A stretch of 63,997 bases of DNA, filler included, from Octopus bimaculoides (taxonomy: Eukaryota), in NCBI RefSeq assembly GCF_001194135.2. It is 10 parts of 10 records of this genome, joined end to end, with 100 filler letters (N's around TTAATTAATTAA, not from the genome) between each part and the next. Parts side by side here need not be neighbours in the genome. Positions count along the whole stretch, not along the records: positions 23,927 to 40,675 come from NC_068989.1; 9 more parts are not named here. The stretch is one strand, 5' to 3'. Below, piece by piece: positions 24,224 through 37,381 of this stretch (position 1 is its first letter; each line of letters starts with the position of its first letter). The translations under genes were made by a program, and so were the position numbers. The notes beneath the pieces are model-generated. The model saw only the letters and a program-made list of their open reading frames with translations. It was not told the DNA's origin and made no database searches.

Positions 24224-25114
24224 AATGCATTCTAGATATACTTGTAAAAAAAAAAACACTTTAATCTCAGTGAGAATGCCTTTGAACACAGGCATTGCTA
24301 ATGAAGACTAAACTAAAAATGATAACTACGAAGCTGTGGCAATACAAGAACAATAACGGACGGAATGGTTATGGTGGGAAAGGCCTTCTATTATGAGTCT
24401 GCTCGATTATGATAGAACTGGGTATAAACAAGAACAAAAACACCCAGGGACTTTCAGAAAATATATCGACAATCTTCAAATTTTAACTGTTTATTCAGAG
24501 AATACTGTTCTAAGCCATTGGTTTTCGTCCTTTTCTTACTCTCATGAAAGTGTCAAACTGGAAAAAGTAAGATATTAATAACATAAAAGCCCTCACCCTA
24601 TGTGTTCTATAAAAGAACCTTAAAAAAACAGTAAATTATTTAAACCATACAGAAGATAATGTTACATAGTTGTTTATTATCCCATCCAACGTACCCTTTT
24701 TAGATATTTGCGAGAGATAGTGCCCCCTATGTCAAATTTTATTTTTATGGTTATTACAAAAGACGGCGAGGACATATATAATAAAATTATATTGACTCGT
24801 GGAACATCATTTTATGTTTCTGCTCACCGATAAGTACAATGTCTTTCTCACGTGTAATTCTCTGACATACACTTATTGAAAATATGTTTAACATGTAAGA
24901 AATGTACATGATTTACGTATTTAATTTCTAACAGAAATTGCAGGGTACGTCAAACTTTTTCCTTTACTTAACGAATGAAAGTGTTGCGCTGTGTGTATCG
25001 AATGAAATCGAGAGTCTTGAACGCCACCTTGAATAAAGGAATGGTTTAGTATACAATATACAGTGTCGTCTGAATGATTGTGTAAACCTGAAACTGAAGT
25101 AACGGCTTCAAATG

Positions 25115-25180
<66 letters not shown>

Positions 25181-25383
25181 CATCCACCTATATATCAGTT
25201 CTTATGCATATATACATGTATAAAATACGTATGAATATATTGCTATGTTACATTATAAAATATATTCATATGTATAATTATACGCACACATATATCTATT
25301 TGCGTTCTATGTGTGTGTGTATACAAACATACATACATGCATGCATATATATATATGTATATGTTTGAATATGTACGTATATA

Positions 25384-25748
25384 GGAGCAGGCGTGGCTGT
25401 GTGGTAAGAAGCTTGGTTCCATGTTCCGTCCCACTGAGTAGCACCTTGGGCAAGTGTCTTCTACTATAGCCTCGAGCCAACCAAAGCCATGTGAGCGAAA
25501 CTGAAAGAAGCCCGTCGTATATATATATATATATATATTTGTGTGTGTCTGTGTGTCTGTGTTTGTCCCCCTCCATCGCTTGACAACCGATATTGTTGTG
25601 TTTACGTCCCGTAACTTAGCGGTTCGGCAAAAGAGAGCGACAGAATAAGTACTAGGCTTACCAAGAATAAGTCCTGGGGTTGATTTGTTCGACTAAAGGT
25701 GGTGCTCCAGTATGGCTGCAGTCAAATGAATGAGGGAAGTAAAAGAAT
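25384..25748 (+). mobile_element. SINE family A, near full length
   Basis: Collinear with 20038-20445, including the internal (TA)/(TG) tract. Confidence 0.9.
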
Positions 25749-25805
25749 GTACATATGCATCATGTATGTACGTATGTATGCGTATATATATATATATATA
25801 TACGC

Positions 25806-25889
25806 TTACTCTTTACTCTTTTACTTGTTTCAGTCATTTGACTGTAGCCATGCTGGAGCACCCCCTTTAGTCAAAGAAATAGACCCCAT
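25806..25889 (-). mobile_element. SINE family A, 3' end
   Basis: tactcttttacttgtttcagtcatttgactgtagccatgctggagcacc. Confidence 0.85.
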
Positions 25890-25916
25890 ATTTGTATTTA
25901 TGTGCATTCTGAGTAT

Positions 25917-25975
25917 ATTCCACTGAAGAAGGCAGAGCATTTCTTATGCAGAGCCAGAAATCCGGGATCTGGAAT
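25917..25975 (+). ncRNA. Type I hammerhead ribozyme motif (putative)
   Basis: Stem I attcca/tggaat (6 bp); core CUGAAGA; A; stem II ggc-aga-gcat-ttctt-atgc-aga-gcc; A; GAAA; stem III atc-cgg-gat; AUC cleavage triplet (cut after 25969). The only deviation is an A.A apposition at the base of stem II. Confidence 0.7.
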
Positions 25976-26128
25976 TATCCAGTAATCTTTTGCTAGTTCA
26001 TTTTGTCTCTTTGTCTTCGCTCCTGGTGCTATATGAACATTTAATGTGGTTTTAGAGTCAAGTTTCGACTGCTATTTCCAGCGTGGTGGTATCTCTTAGA
26101 TACCATAAAGTATAATTTTATATATATA

Positions 26129-26290
26129 GGCGCAGGAGTGGCTGTGTGGTAAGTAGCTTGCTTACCAACCACATGGTTCTGGGTTCAGTCCCACTGCGCG
26201 GCACCTTGGGCAAGTGTCTTCTAATATAGCCTCGGGCCGACCAAAGCCTTGTGAGTAGATTTGGTAGACGGAAACTGAAAGAAGCCCGTC
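26129..26290 (+). mobile_element. SINE family A, 5' half, running into (TA)n and a gap
   Basis: ggcgcaggagtggctgtgtggtaagtagcttgc..gaaactgaaagaagcccgtc. Confidence 0.92.
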
Positions 26291-28327
26291 ATATATATAT
26301 ATATGTATATATATNNNNNNNNNNNNNNNNNNNNNNNNNNNNNNNNNNNNNNNNNNNNNNNNNNNNNNNNNNNNNNNNNNNNNNNNNNNNNNNNNNNNNN
26401 NNNNNNNNNNNNNNNNNNNNNNNNNNNNNNNNNNNNNNNNNNNNNNNNNNNNNNNNNNNNNNNNNNNNNNNNNNNNNNNNNNNNNNNNNNNNNNNNNNNN
26501 NNNNNNNNNNNNNNNNNNNNNNNNNNNNNNNNNNNNNNNNNNNNNNNNNNNNNNNNNNNNNNNNNNNNNNNNNNNNNNNNNNNNNNNNNNNNNNNNNNNN
26601 NNNNNNNNNNNNNNNNNNNNNNNNNNNNNNNNNNNNNNNNNNNNNNNNNNNNNNNNNNNNNNNNNNNNNNNNNNNNNNNNNNNNNNNNNNNNNNNNNNNN
26701 NNNNNNNNNNNNNNNNNNNNNNNNNNNNNNNNNNNNNNNNNNNNNNNNNNNNNNNNNNNNNNNNNNNNNNNNNNNNNNNNNNNNNNNNNNNNNNNNNNNN
26801 NNNNNNNNNNNNNNNNNNNNNNNNNNNNNNNNNNNNNNNNNNNNNNNNNNNNNNNNNNNNNNNNNNNNNNNNNNNNNNNNNNNNNNNNNNNNNNNNNNNN
26901 NNNNNNNNNNNNNNNNNNNNNNNNNNNNNNNNNNNNNNNNNNNNNNNNNNNNNNNNNNNNNNNNNNNNNNNNNNNNNNNNNNNNNNNNNNNNNNNNNNNN
27001 NNNNNNNNNNNNNNNNNNNNNNNNNNNNNNNNNNNNNNNNNNNNNNNNNNNNNNNNNNNNNNNNNNNNNNNNNNNNNNNNNNNNNNNNNNNNNNNNNNNN
27101 NNNNNNNNNNNNNNNNNNATATATATATATATATATACATATATACATATATGCGTGCATATTGTTGTCTGTGTTTATCATTTGTACTTTGCGTACATTA
27201 TATATGGTGACGAGAGTAATGTAAAAAATGCATAATGGTAACCGCGGTGGCATTTGTCGTGTATGCTTATTTTCTCCATATATTCATAAATAATGGTCCA
27301 CAAATCAGAATCACTTCTTTCAATACAGAGAGAAATGACGTGGGCAGAATGTAGTAAAACTTATGGCAGTTGAGTTTTGATGGTTTGTAACTTCAGAAAA
27401 TGGAAGTATGGTAGAATTGTTTTAACACTATAATCGTTGACAGTAATGAAGTTTGTATGTTCGCAGCTTTCCTTATTGACATCTTTCTTATGTTTTCACA
27501 GCAGGCCTTATTTTGTCGCTGAGAGAAAACGAACGGAGTCTGTTTAAAACAGAGATTTCTGATAAAAACTAAATAGCCTATCTCGTGCTTTCGTTCCTGT
27601 CGTGGAATCTATTTCGTTTTGTGTAGCGAGGGTTTTTGTGTAGTGTTAATGTGGACTTTGGAATGTAGGAAATTTCGTCCTCCTAATTTGAGCGTCTTGG
27701 GTTACTTTTTGATGACCTTGACATAATGGATTATTGTCTTACATTGCTTTTCTATTCCTTTCACTAACACAGAACATCTTATAATCAGCACATATATAAG
27801 GATTGTACAAGACTTCGTATTTATAGTAGAGATGGTGATGATAGTGCTGCGAGGAGGCTTTTTCATAAGCCTAATTACGCCATATAAGAAGACGAATAGG
27901 CCGAGTCGTTTGCGGAAATTGACTAGAGTGTTCCGACATTCTTCGCTCTGTGTTCAAATCATACCGAACTTCCAAGCTGTGGCTTGGCGGAACACTTAAT
28001 CAGTCAGTAAAGAGTTTCGCATCATCTGTTTCTGTTCATTGCATTCGACATTAGTGCCAACCAATATCAACTCAAGACGGTGGTCATCGTTCTCTTGGAC
28101 AAATACCCATAGCGTGAATAAGGAGTAATGGACATGCATTAGCAGCCGCCAGTTTTACTTGAAAAAATAAATTTTCCCATGCTGTTAATGCTTGAGAAGA
28201 TGCTGAATCGAGTATATATTTGTTATTTCTAGAAGAATTAAAATATAGACTAGATATTTATGTATTTTATTGTATGTATTAAATGACGGCTTTTTCTTTT
28301 TACATGCTGTTATGTCTTTTTACATTA

Positions 28328-28371
<44 letters not shown>

Positions 28372-28795
28372 CTGTGTGTGTGTCTTTGTGTTTATGTTTG
28401 TCCCCACCATCATCGTTTGACAACCAGTGTTTATAAATATATATATAAATATATATATTTATATATATTTATAAATATATATATATATATAAAAAGTGAG
28501 CTTCTTCTAGCATTTTGACAGACCGGTCACTAGTCAATCTTATATACACAAGTACTATAATCTTTTTAGGATCTAGAAAAAAAATTTTTCAAGAGCCTTT
28601 TGATTCTTTTAATGTGCTAGTTTCCTGGTATTAAATTGATATTAATTAATATCGAATTTTTACCACATTATATTAANNNNNNNNNNNNNNNNNNNNNNNN
28701 NNNNNNNNNNNNNNNNNNNNNNNNNNNNNNNNNNNNNNNNNNNNNNNNNNNNNNNNNNNNNNNNNNNNNNNNNNNNNNNNNNNNTTTAACATTTA

Positions 28796-29273
28796 CGAAG
28801 TCTGATCAAAATATATCGGGACTGCTGCTATAAAATGGAAACGACATCAAGCATCAATTTGACATTTAATATAGCGTCGTTCCCATTGATGGAACTCTTT
28901 TTTAGGGATATTAAGAAGGTGCTTCGTCGCATTCTCTTGGATTTCCTTGATATCTTGAAATATTGTTGGTTTCGTAGTCATAGCCATATACCCACGATTC
29001 GTCACCTGTTATGACATGTTTCAAAATGTTTTCGTCTTCCTCGGCACAATCAAGGAGATCGCACTCAGCTGAAGCCTGATCTTCTTTTTGAGACGACAAC
29101 ACTCTATACACTTCATTTCCGAGCACTGCTGTAAACAATGGATGTGAGCGAGAACGTTATGACTGTGGGCAAGCGCGACAGAGTTCAAAGTCAATCTGTG
29201 CCAAGTGGCTTCACTCTGCATCCTTTACCTCCGTTACCATAGCCACAGTCTCGATACTTTTGATCAGATCTCG
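28796..29273 (-). mobile_element. Internally deleted mariner with both TIRs (478 bp)
   Basis: TIRs TA|cgaagtctgatcaaaatatatcgggactg and cagtctcgatacttttgatcagatctcg|TG. The minus frame encodes DLLDCAEEDENILKHVITGDESWVYGYD, the mariner TGDE motif. Confidence 0.9.
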
Positions 29274-29306
29274 TGTTGATATTATTATCAGCTAAAACAA
29301 TACAGG

Positions 29307-29614
29307 TTTCAAATTTTGGTACAAGGTCTTAACAAGTTCGAGGGCGGGACAAGTCGATTAGATCGCCTCCAGTGTTCAACTGGTCCTTATTTTATCGATC
29401 CCGAAAGAATGATAGGAAACGTCGACCACAGAAGAATTTGAACTCAGAACATAAAGACGGACTAAATACCGCTAAGCATTTTGCCCGCTAAGCATTTTGC
29501 CCGCTAAGCATTTTGCCCGCTAAGCATTTTGCCCTCTAAGCATTTTGCCCGCTAAGCATTTTGCCCGCCAAGCATTTTGCCCGGCGTGCTAATGATTCTG
29601 CCAGTTCGCCACCT
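29307..29614 (-). mobile_element. SINE family B containing a 7 x 16-bp internal tandem amplification
   Basis: Full B architecture with gctaagcattttgccc repeated at 29471-29582. Confidence 0.9.
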
Positions 29615-29872
29615 AATCAACGAAATAATATTGCTATGATTCTTTGCAAAGAGCTAGGCCAACATGTCATTATACACCTTATCAATTTATTCTGGGAAGT
29701 TGTTGAAACGTTGATGGACTAATGAATTCAGGAATTCATGAATGTTGTTCTTCCGAGCTTAATATAAAGGACTATTAACAAAACATGCTCAGACATCTAT
29801 GTTTATGTGCGTTTATATGCATTTGTGCGTGCGTTTGTTTATTATATAGAAACGTAAGTCACCGCGTGACTA

Positions 29873-29930
<58 letters not shown>

Positions 29931-31450
29931 ACTAACTATCTGTCTGTCTGTCTGCTTGCCTGTCTGTCTGTCTGTCTGTCTGTCTATCTGTACAAACATC
30001 TATACATAAATACATTTATAATATATATATATATATANNNNNNNNNNNNNNNNNNNNNNNNNNNNNNNNNNNNNNNNNNNNNNNNNNNNNNNNNNNNNNN
30101 NNNNNNNNNNNNNNNNNNNNNNNNNNNNNNNNNNNNNNNNNNNNNNNNNNNNNNNNNNNNNNNNNNNNNNNNNNNNNNNNNNNNNNNNNNNNNNNNNNNN
30201 NNNNNNNNNNNNNNNNNNNNNNNNNNNNNNNNNNNNNNNNNNNNNNNNNNNNNNNNNNNNNNNNNNNNNNNNNNNNNNNNNNNNNNNNNNNNNNNNNNNN
30301 NNNNNNNNNNNNNNNNNNNNNNNNNNNNNNNNNNNNNNNNNNNNNNNNNNNNNNNNNNNNNNNNNNNNNNNNNNNNNNNNNNNNNNNNNNNNNNNNNNNN
30401 NNNNNNNNNNNNNNNNNNNNNNNNNNNNNNNNNNNNNNNNNNNNNNNNNNNNNNNNNNNNNNNNNNNNNNNNNNNNNNNNNNNNNNNNNNNNNNNNNNNN
30501 NNNNNNNNNNNNNNNNNNNNNNNNNNNNNNNNNNNNNNNNNNNNNNNNNNNNNNNNNNNNNNNNNNNNNNNNNNNNNNNNNNNNNNNNNNNNNNNNNNNN
30601 NNNNNNNNNNNNNNNNNNNNNNNNNNNNNNNNNNNNNNNNNNNNNNNNNNNNNNNNNNNNTATGCATATATATATATATGTATGTATATATATATATATG
30701 TGTGTGGTGAGGTGCGTGTAAGAGAGTGGGAGAGAATATAGAAAAATGAAGAATGAAAATTAAAGGAGAAAATATTTAAAAAAAAACAAAGAAAGAAAAA
30801 GAGAAAATAAAAAAAAACCCAGTAAAATTTAAGCTAGACGTCAGAGCGGAAAATTCCCGAAACATCCAAATCTCATTAATGTTAACAAGTTTAAACATGT
30901 GCTTGAGTAAATCTTTTCCAACTACAGATATAGTGTATTATCAGATGAAGGATTGACAGGAGGTCAGATACGATGCAAGAAACAGAGTTAGTGAGAGAAA
31001 GAGAGCGACAGAGCGCGAGACAGAGAAGGAGGGTGTGAGAGATAGAGAGGCAGATAGATAGATAGATAGATAGAGATAAAGATAGACAGAAAAGGTGAGA
31101 CAGAGAGAGAGAGATGAGGTCGTCTCTTTAGTTTATTCCTTGTTTGCATTTAAATATATAATGACTGGGAAGGACGTCATTTCTTCCAGAATTAATCCAA
31201 TAAGTCGCGTTTAAATGTTGAAATCCTTTTCATTGGTTTCCAATGTTTTTCTAATCTGAAATCTCGTCTGATTTCCATTCGAATTATTTACGCAAGTAAC
31301 ATGTATATTTAAATTATCGTAATATCAAATTATCACAGACATATGATATATATATATGTGCATACTTATGTACGTACGTACCTATCTACCTACCTATCTA
31401 CTTAACTACCTACCTACCGTCCAACCTACCTACCTACCTGCATACATACA

Positions 31451-31486
<36 letters not shown>

Positions 31487-32396
31487 TATACATTTTTATG
31501 TGTATGCATATAGGTATATATATACATATATGCATGTATATATGTATATACATGTATATATGTATATATATATATAGCTATATGTATACACATATACATG
31601 CATATACATATATATGCATATATATATATGTCTATATATATGTATATGTATATATACATGTATATATATATAGGTATATGTATATATACATATATATCTA
31701 TATATGCATATGTATATATACATAGGCATTCATNNNNNNNNNNNNNNNNNNNNNNNNNNNNNNNNNNNNNNNNNNNNNNNNNNNNNNNNNNNNNNNNNNN
31801 NNNNNNNNNNNNNNNNNNNNNNNNNNNNNNNNNNNNNNNNNNNNNNNNNNNNNNNNNNNNNNNNNNNNNNNNNNNNNNNNNNNNNNNNNNNNNNNNNNNN
31901 NNNNNATATATATATATATATATATATACATATATATTCACATATATACACACACATACACATATTCTCATTATATTTGCGAGATTTTTATTTGTATCAT
32001 TATGATGTGTGTGTGTGTGTGTGTGTAAACACATACACATATACACACGTGCACCCGCTGAAATATTAAGATGGCTGATTTTAAGTAAAAGTGTTGTCTT
32101 TTGCACTTCTAAGTTATCTATTCTTAATTGTATTACTCTGTCTAATACGTATGAAGTTAGGTTTCGTCTGCTTGCTCAGTGTTGTTTGAATTATTGGCGC
32201 GTCATAAATGTTTGTCTTCTGTGTTTGAAAACTTGAGTTATTAAATGTGATTAAGTAAATCTTACTTTTTAAAGTTTAATCAAGTGCACTTTGAAAGTTT
32301 ACGTGTCTGTCATTTTCAGGCGATTTATTTAGGCGAATTTTTCGCCATTTGAATACGTTTCTGATGCTCTAGTCAAAGAAACATACTTAATAGTAG

Positions 32397-32830
32397 TTTC
32401 AAATTTTGCTACAAGGCCAGCAATTTCTAAGAGGATTGTAAGTTGATTACCTCGACCCCGGTGCTTAATTGGTACTTATTTTATGATGAAAGGCAAAATC
32501 GACCCTGACGGTATTTGAACTCAGAATGATAAGTCGGAAGAAATGCTTCTAAGCATTTTCTCAGATGCTCTAACAATTCTGCCAGCGCATTGCCTTAAGT
32601 ATACTTAATATTTCATTCTTCTGAGCTGTCAGAATCGTTATCACTTCGGACAAAACGCTTAGCGGCATTTCGTCCATCTTTACGTTCTGAGTTCAAATTC
32701 AACTGAGGTCGACTTTACCTTTCATCTTTTCGGAGTCGACAAAATAAGTACCAATCGTGAACTGGAGTTGGAATAATCAACTTACCCGCTCCCCGAACTT
32801 GCTGGTATTGAGTCAAAATGGGAAGACAAT
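32397..32830. mobile_element. Head-to-head pair of family B SINEs (32397-32597 minus, 32623-32830 plus)
   Basis: Both are near full length and about 25 nt apart. Confidence 0.82.
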
Positions 32831-32919
32831 ATTTCGTTTTTCTTGATATGTTCTTTATTTTCCCTTTTAAATATCTAATATTATACATCGTTGTGTTCTT
32901 TTTTATATATCAATTTATC

Positions 32920-33075
32920 TTTTACCTGTTTGAGTCATTTGACTGCGACCTTGAAGATTTTTTTTCAGTCGAAAAAATACCCCCTAAGTCTGGTGTTTTT
33001 GCCGAACTGTTAGGTTACGGGGGACGTAAACAAACCAACATCGCTTGTCAAGTTGCCGGTGGGGAACAAACACAG
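32920..33075 (-). mobile_element. SINE family A, 3' half with deletions
   Basis: gagtcatttgactgcgacc..tttttgccgaactgttaggttacgggggacgtaaac. Confidence 0.75.
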
Positions 33076-33096
33076 AGCTCTCTCTCTCAAACTGCC

Positions 33097-33149
<53 letters not shown>

Positions 33150-33151
33150 CA

Positions 33152-33186
<35 letters not shown>

Positions 33187-33983
33187 CACATAAGTACATA
33201 TATATATATATATTTGTATGTCTGTCTGTATGTATATATATATGATGTTGATCTCTTTTTATTGAATAGAATATAAAGTATCTTATTATTATTTATCTTT
33301 GTGATCTCAGTTAATGCATAATATTCCTCTAGTCGGAAGAAATCTCTATACTGCTAATAATGAATGGAAGAATTTGTACTCAATGTAAAAAGTAGAGTAT
33401 AATTTTATCTATGTGAGAATACATTAAATAATCTCGATCTGTCAAGTCGGCAGTGTTTTTTTTTTTATTTTAAGTATATTCTCATACAAGGTATCGATGG
33501 GTTACCACTGATTTATTGGTTTCCCATTTAAATATCACGAAATATTTAACCAAAACTCTGTCAAAGGAAGTCATAGCTGTATGGGAAATTATTGGTTTAC
33601 AAATTTATAATCACAATCAAAGATAAATAAACACCACACAAACAATCCGATTCTTATATAGAGTATTGCGATATGAGTAGATGACCTTTGGATAGAAAAT
33701 ATCAGTTAAAAGAAATAACGTATGGTGTATATGTAGAATTATTATACTATACAGTATAAGGGGTTATGGACTGAATGTTCAGAGTGGTTTCAGAAACTCC
33801 TCGTCGAACGACGGGCGGCCCACCAAATGAAGTCTTCATTCAAAGTTATTGAAATATTCATCGTGTTGATAAAGTGATGCTGCTAACAGGATACGAGCTT
33901 TCTCATATTTCAGCTCGGAATATTGACAATTAAACCGAATTATTATAGTTAAAGGAGAGTAGTGACTGAGATAGGCATTAGCT

Positions 33984-34395
33984 GTGATGATCTGCTACAC
34001 GCAAACCTGCCCTGACAACACACCACCACTTCCCTACAGACCAACACCATCCCATAATTCACCACCTCTTTCTGTCACGAATGACCAAGGGATTGCACGT
34101 AGAAAGTTTCACTCCGAGGCACAAATCCGAGCAAGGTTGTTTATGAAAGACCAACAGTTGCCCATGCATACCAAACTCCCCTCTTTATGCCACCGATGTT
34201 ATCCAAGGGAAAGGTAAAGGCCGATACAGCTTGACACCAGTGACGTCGCAACCCATTTCAATAACCGAGTGAACTGGAGCAAAGTGAAATAAAATGCCTT
34301 ACTCAAGAACACAACATACAGCCCGCTCCAGGAATCGAACTCATTACCTCATGATTGTGAGCCCTATACTCTAACCACTGAGCCATGCGCTTTGA
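33984..34395 (-). mobile_element. SINE family E (tRNA-like head, conserved core, distinct 3' region)
   Basis: Minus head B-box gagttcgattcc. Core gagtgaactggagc..gtgaaataaa..ctcaagaacacaac is shared with 49078-49308. Confidence 0.75.
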
Positions 34396-34433
34396 CTAAT
34401 TCACGACCAATATCACGTAAACCTACATTCAAC

Positions 34434-34489
<56 letters not shown>

Positions 34490-34967
34490 TAGACGACCAC
34501 TTCCATCCATACTACCTCGAGATCCGACAATGTAACAGCGTTATGAATTAGTATAGTCACTGGAGCGTCGGATGAGTTAGTTTTATGATGTCACTTCCGG
34601 CTCTTTTACGTTCTGAGTCCAAATTCAACCGAGATCATCTTTTCCTTCCATTCTTTCGGATCAATAAAATAAAGAACCAGTCAATTACCACAACCGGCGG
34701 TGTCAACCAATCTCTTGTTGCCTGGAAGGTGGTAGTCTGTGTGGAGAACAGAGACCTCTGTGAAGTATTGTAGACTGCGTTACAGTGGAAATTTGTGTGG
34801 GACTGGTGGTTTGAGTAGAATTTAGAAAAGATTGTAATTAAGATATAAAATGCGCAACCTATTTACTGATCTAACGATTAATGAGAATAGCAATTAATCC
34901 CACTTAACTCAGCTAAAAACTAAATTCATAGTAGGATGTAGACACCAGACAGAATGCACAGACATAT

Positions 34968-35200
34968 GGCGGCGAGCTGGCAGAAACGTTTGCACGCCGG
35001 GCGAAATGCTTAGCGTTATTTCGTCTGCAATTACGTTCTGTGTTCAAATTTCGCCGAGGTCGACTTTTCCTTTTAACATTTCGGAGTGGATAAATTAAGT
35101 ACCAGTTACGCACTGGTGTCGATGTAATCGACTTAATCCCTTGGTTTGTCCCTGTTTGTCCCTTCTATGTTTAGCCCCTTGTGGGCAATACAGAAATAAG
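34968..35200 (+). mobile_element. SINE family B, full length (alternative 3' end)
   Basis: ggcggcgagctggcagaaacg..tgttcaaatttcgccgaggtcgac..gtttagccccttgtgggcaatacagaaataag. Confidence 0.9.
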
Positions 35201-35660
35201 AATGCATAAAACCTTCCGTTTAGAGAGAAAACCATCAGCGTGACTTGCGAAAGCGAACAGAAACAAAATTAGAATTGTTGTGTTCCAGCTAAAGAATTGA
35301 CGAACGAAGCAGCTAAAGAACTAGAAAATAGCAGCCTAACATATAATTTGTGTTACTTTATATACATACATAAATACATACATACATATATCATACATAT
35401 ATACATACCAACATACATGTGTGTGCGTGTATATATACTTAACTCAGCTAAAAACTAAATTCATCGTACGACAGAGTGATTTACAGTAGATGTAGACACC
35501 AGAATATATATATCGATGGATCAAGACAGTTTGATTCAAATTCGTTGTTACTCTTGAGCGTGATGCTAGTCGTCAGCCATTTTGTGTACGCACGCGCACG
35601 CACACACATGTATGTATGTATGTATGTATGTATATATATATATATATATANNNNNNNNNN

Positions 35661-35700
<40 letters not shown>

Positions 35701-36099
35701 CATAAAAATAATGTGCATATATCATAACCATACTGATATAGATACACATATAAGCGCATTTACATACATACATAGCAGTAGGTTGCAAGCAGTAGGTGCA
35801 TACATATAGTTCTTCGCAGATATAGTAATCATGGATACATGTGTTGAAAAATGCACATACATGCACACAGACACATATGGAAATATAAATCATGACATAT
35901 GTAAACACATACACACATATACACGTACATCGAGTTTTTTTTTTATAAATGGCAAAATATGACACTACAAGAATGCATGTTATTTAAGTGTGATGTTATC
36001 TCTAAAAGCACAGATTACGTTGCAGATGGAGAAAATTAAAATTGCATGGCACTTCATTAGCAAGATGATATTTCTCATGTTAACTAATTAATTTTGGCT

Positions 36100-36772
36100 A
36101 ATTTAGACACAAGGCCAGCAATTTTCAGAGGAAGGCAGTTAGTCAATTATGTCGACTCCAGTACTCGACTACTACTTAATCTTTTTCGACCCCGGAAGAA
36201 TGAAGGGTAGAGTTAACCTCGGAAAGGTTTAAGCTCAAAACTAAATGTCGTAAGTAAATACTGCAAAACATTATGTCAATGTTTTAAACGAATCTACCAA
36301 AGAAATTATGCGCTAAAATAATGATATTTTTTTTCTGCTATAGACGGAAGACTTGAAATTTTAGAAAAGGGAATTGTCTGTTACATCGAGCGCAGTACTC
36401 GACTGGTACTTATTCTATCGACCCCAAAAGGAGGAAAGGGAAAGCCGACCTTGACGGAATTTGACTCAAAACATGAAGACTGACGAAATGTTGGAAAGCA
36501 TTTTGCTCGGTGTGTTAACGATTCTTCCAGCTCACCGCCTTAATAATAATGATAATAATCCTTTCTACTATAGGCATTAGGACTGAAATTTTGAAGGGCG
36601 GGACAGGTCGATTACATCGATAGCAGTGCGTATCCTGTACTTATTTCAGCGACCCCGAAAGGAAGAAATGCAAAGTCGACCTCGGCGGAATTTGAACTCA
36701 GAACGTAACGACAGGCGAAATACCGCTAAGTATCTTATCCGGCGTGCTAACGATTCAGCCTGCTCGTCACCT
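36100..36772 (-). mobile_element. Three tandem same-orientation family B SINEs (about 36100-36245, 36333-36541, 36558-36772)
   Basis: Each has gacccc..gaa..ga..aaag..gacct. The latter two end gcctt/acctt directly before aat repeats. Confidence 0.82.
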
Positions 36773-37155
36773 TAATGATAATAATTATTTCTTCAGTGGC
36801 CACAACAATCATTTAGTTAGAAAAATACAAAATGAAGCTCAGTGGGGTTTACATATGACCGCGCAAGCAATAAAAAACTAACAATTTACAAGACAGTTCC
36901 AACAGCAACATTCCCCAGAAGTTGGAACATACCACCTGAAGACAACCGAGGAACTCCACGAAATCCAAGCTATCCTACTCATCAGGTGCACCATGGTATG
37001 TGTTCCTCTTCCACCGTACTCCTCAGCCTACATGCGTCAGCTTAGTGTAGGCCCAATCTATTCAGTCCATCCTTGCCACATTCACCCACATTTCAACAAA
37101 TATACTGATAAGGGTTTGGCCGAAGAAAGAAGTGTCTGTCTTCAGTCCATTTAGT

Positions 37156-37292
37156 TTGCAGAGAACAGCACTGCTTGGAACCGCTCGAATACTTCGGAAG
37201 GTGCTCGAAAAATAAGAGGTGTTACCTTAGTTCACTCGTAGTGAACAGCTGACACTGTAATACATCTCCAGCGTTAGAAGATGTGCAAAGGC
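37156..37292 (+). mobile_element. 3' end of a second RLE-LINE subfamily
   Basis: LQRTALLGTARILRKVLEK* (37156-37215) matches the QKIALLGTAHIL motif. It has a different 3' UTR and is followed by (AAT)n at 37293-37410. Confidence 0.8.

Positions 37293-37381
<89 letters not shown>

Noticed and set aside
27470-27575. Strong acceptor (ttttcacAG-cAG)
   Set aside because: All three frames stop within about 25 codons and there is no donor or other support.
37106-37135. ctgataagggtttggccgaag as a hammerhead
   Set aside because: Two core mismatches, and no stem I or III.
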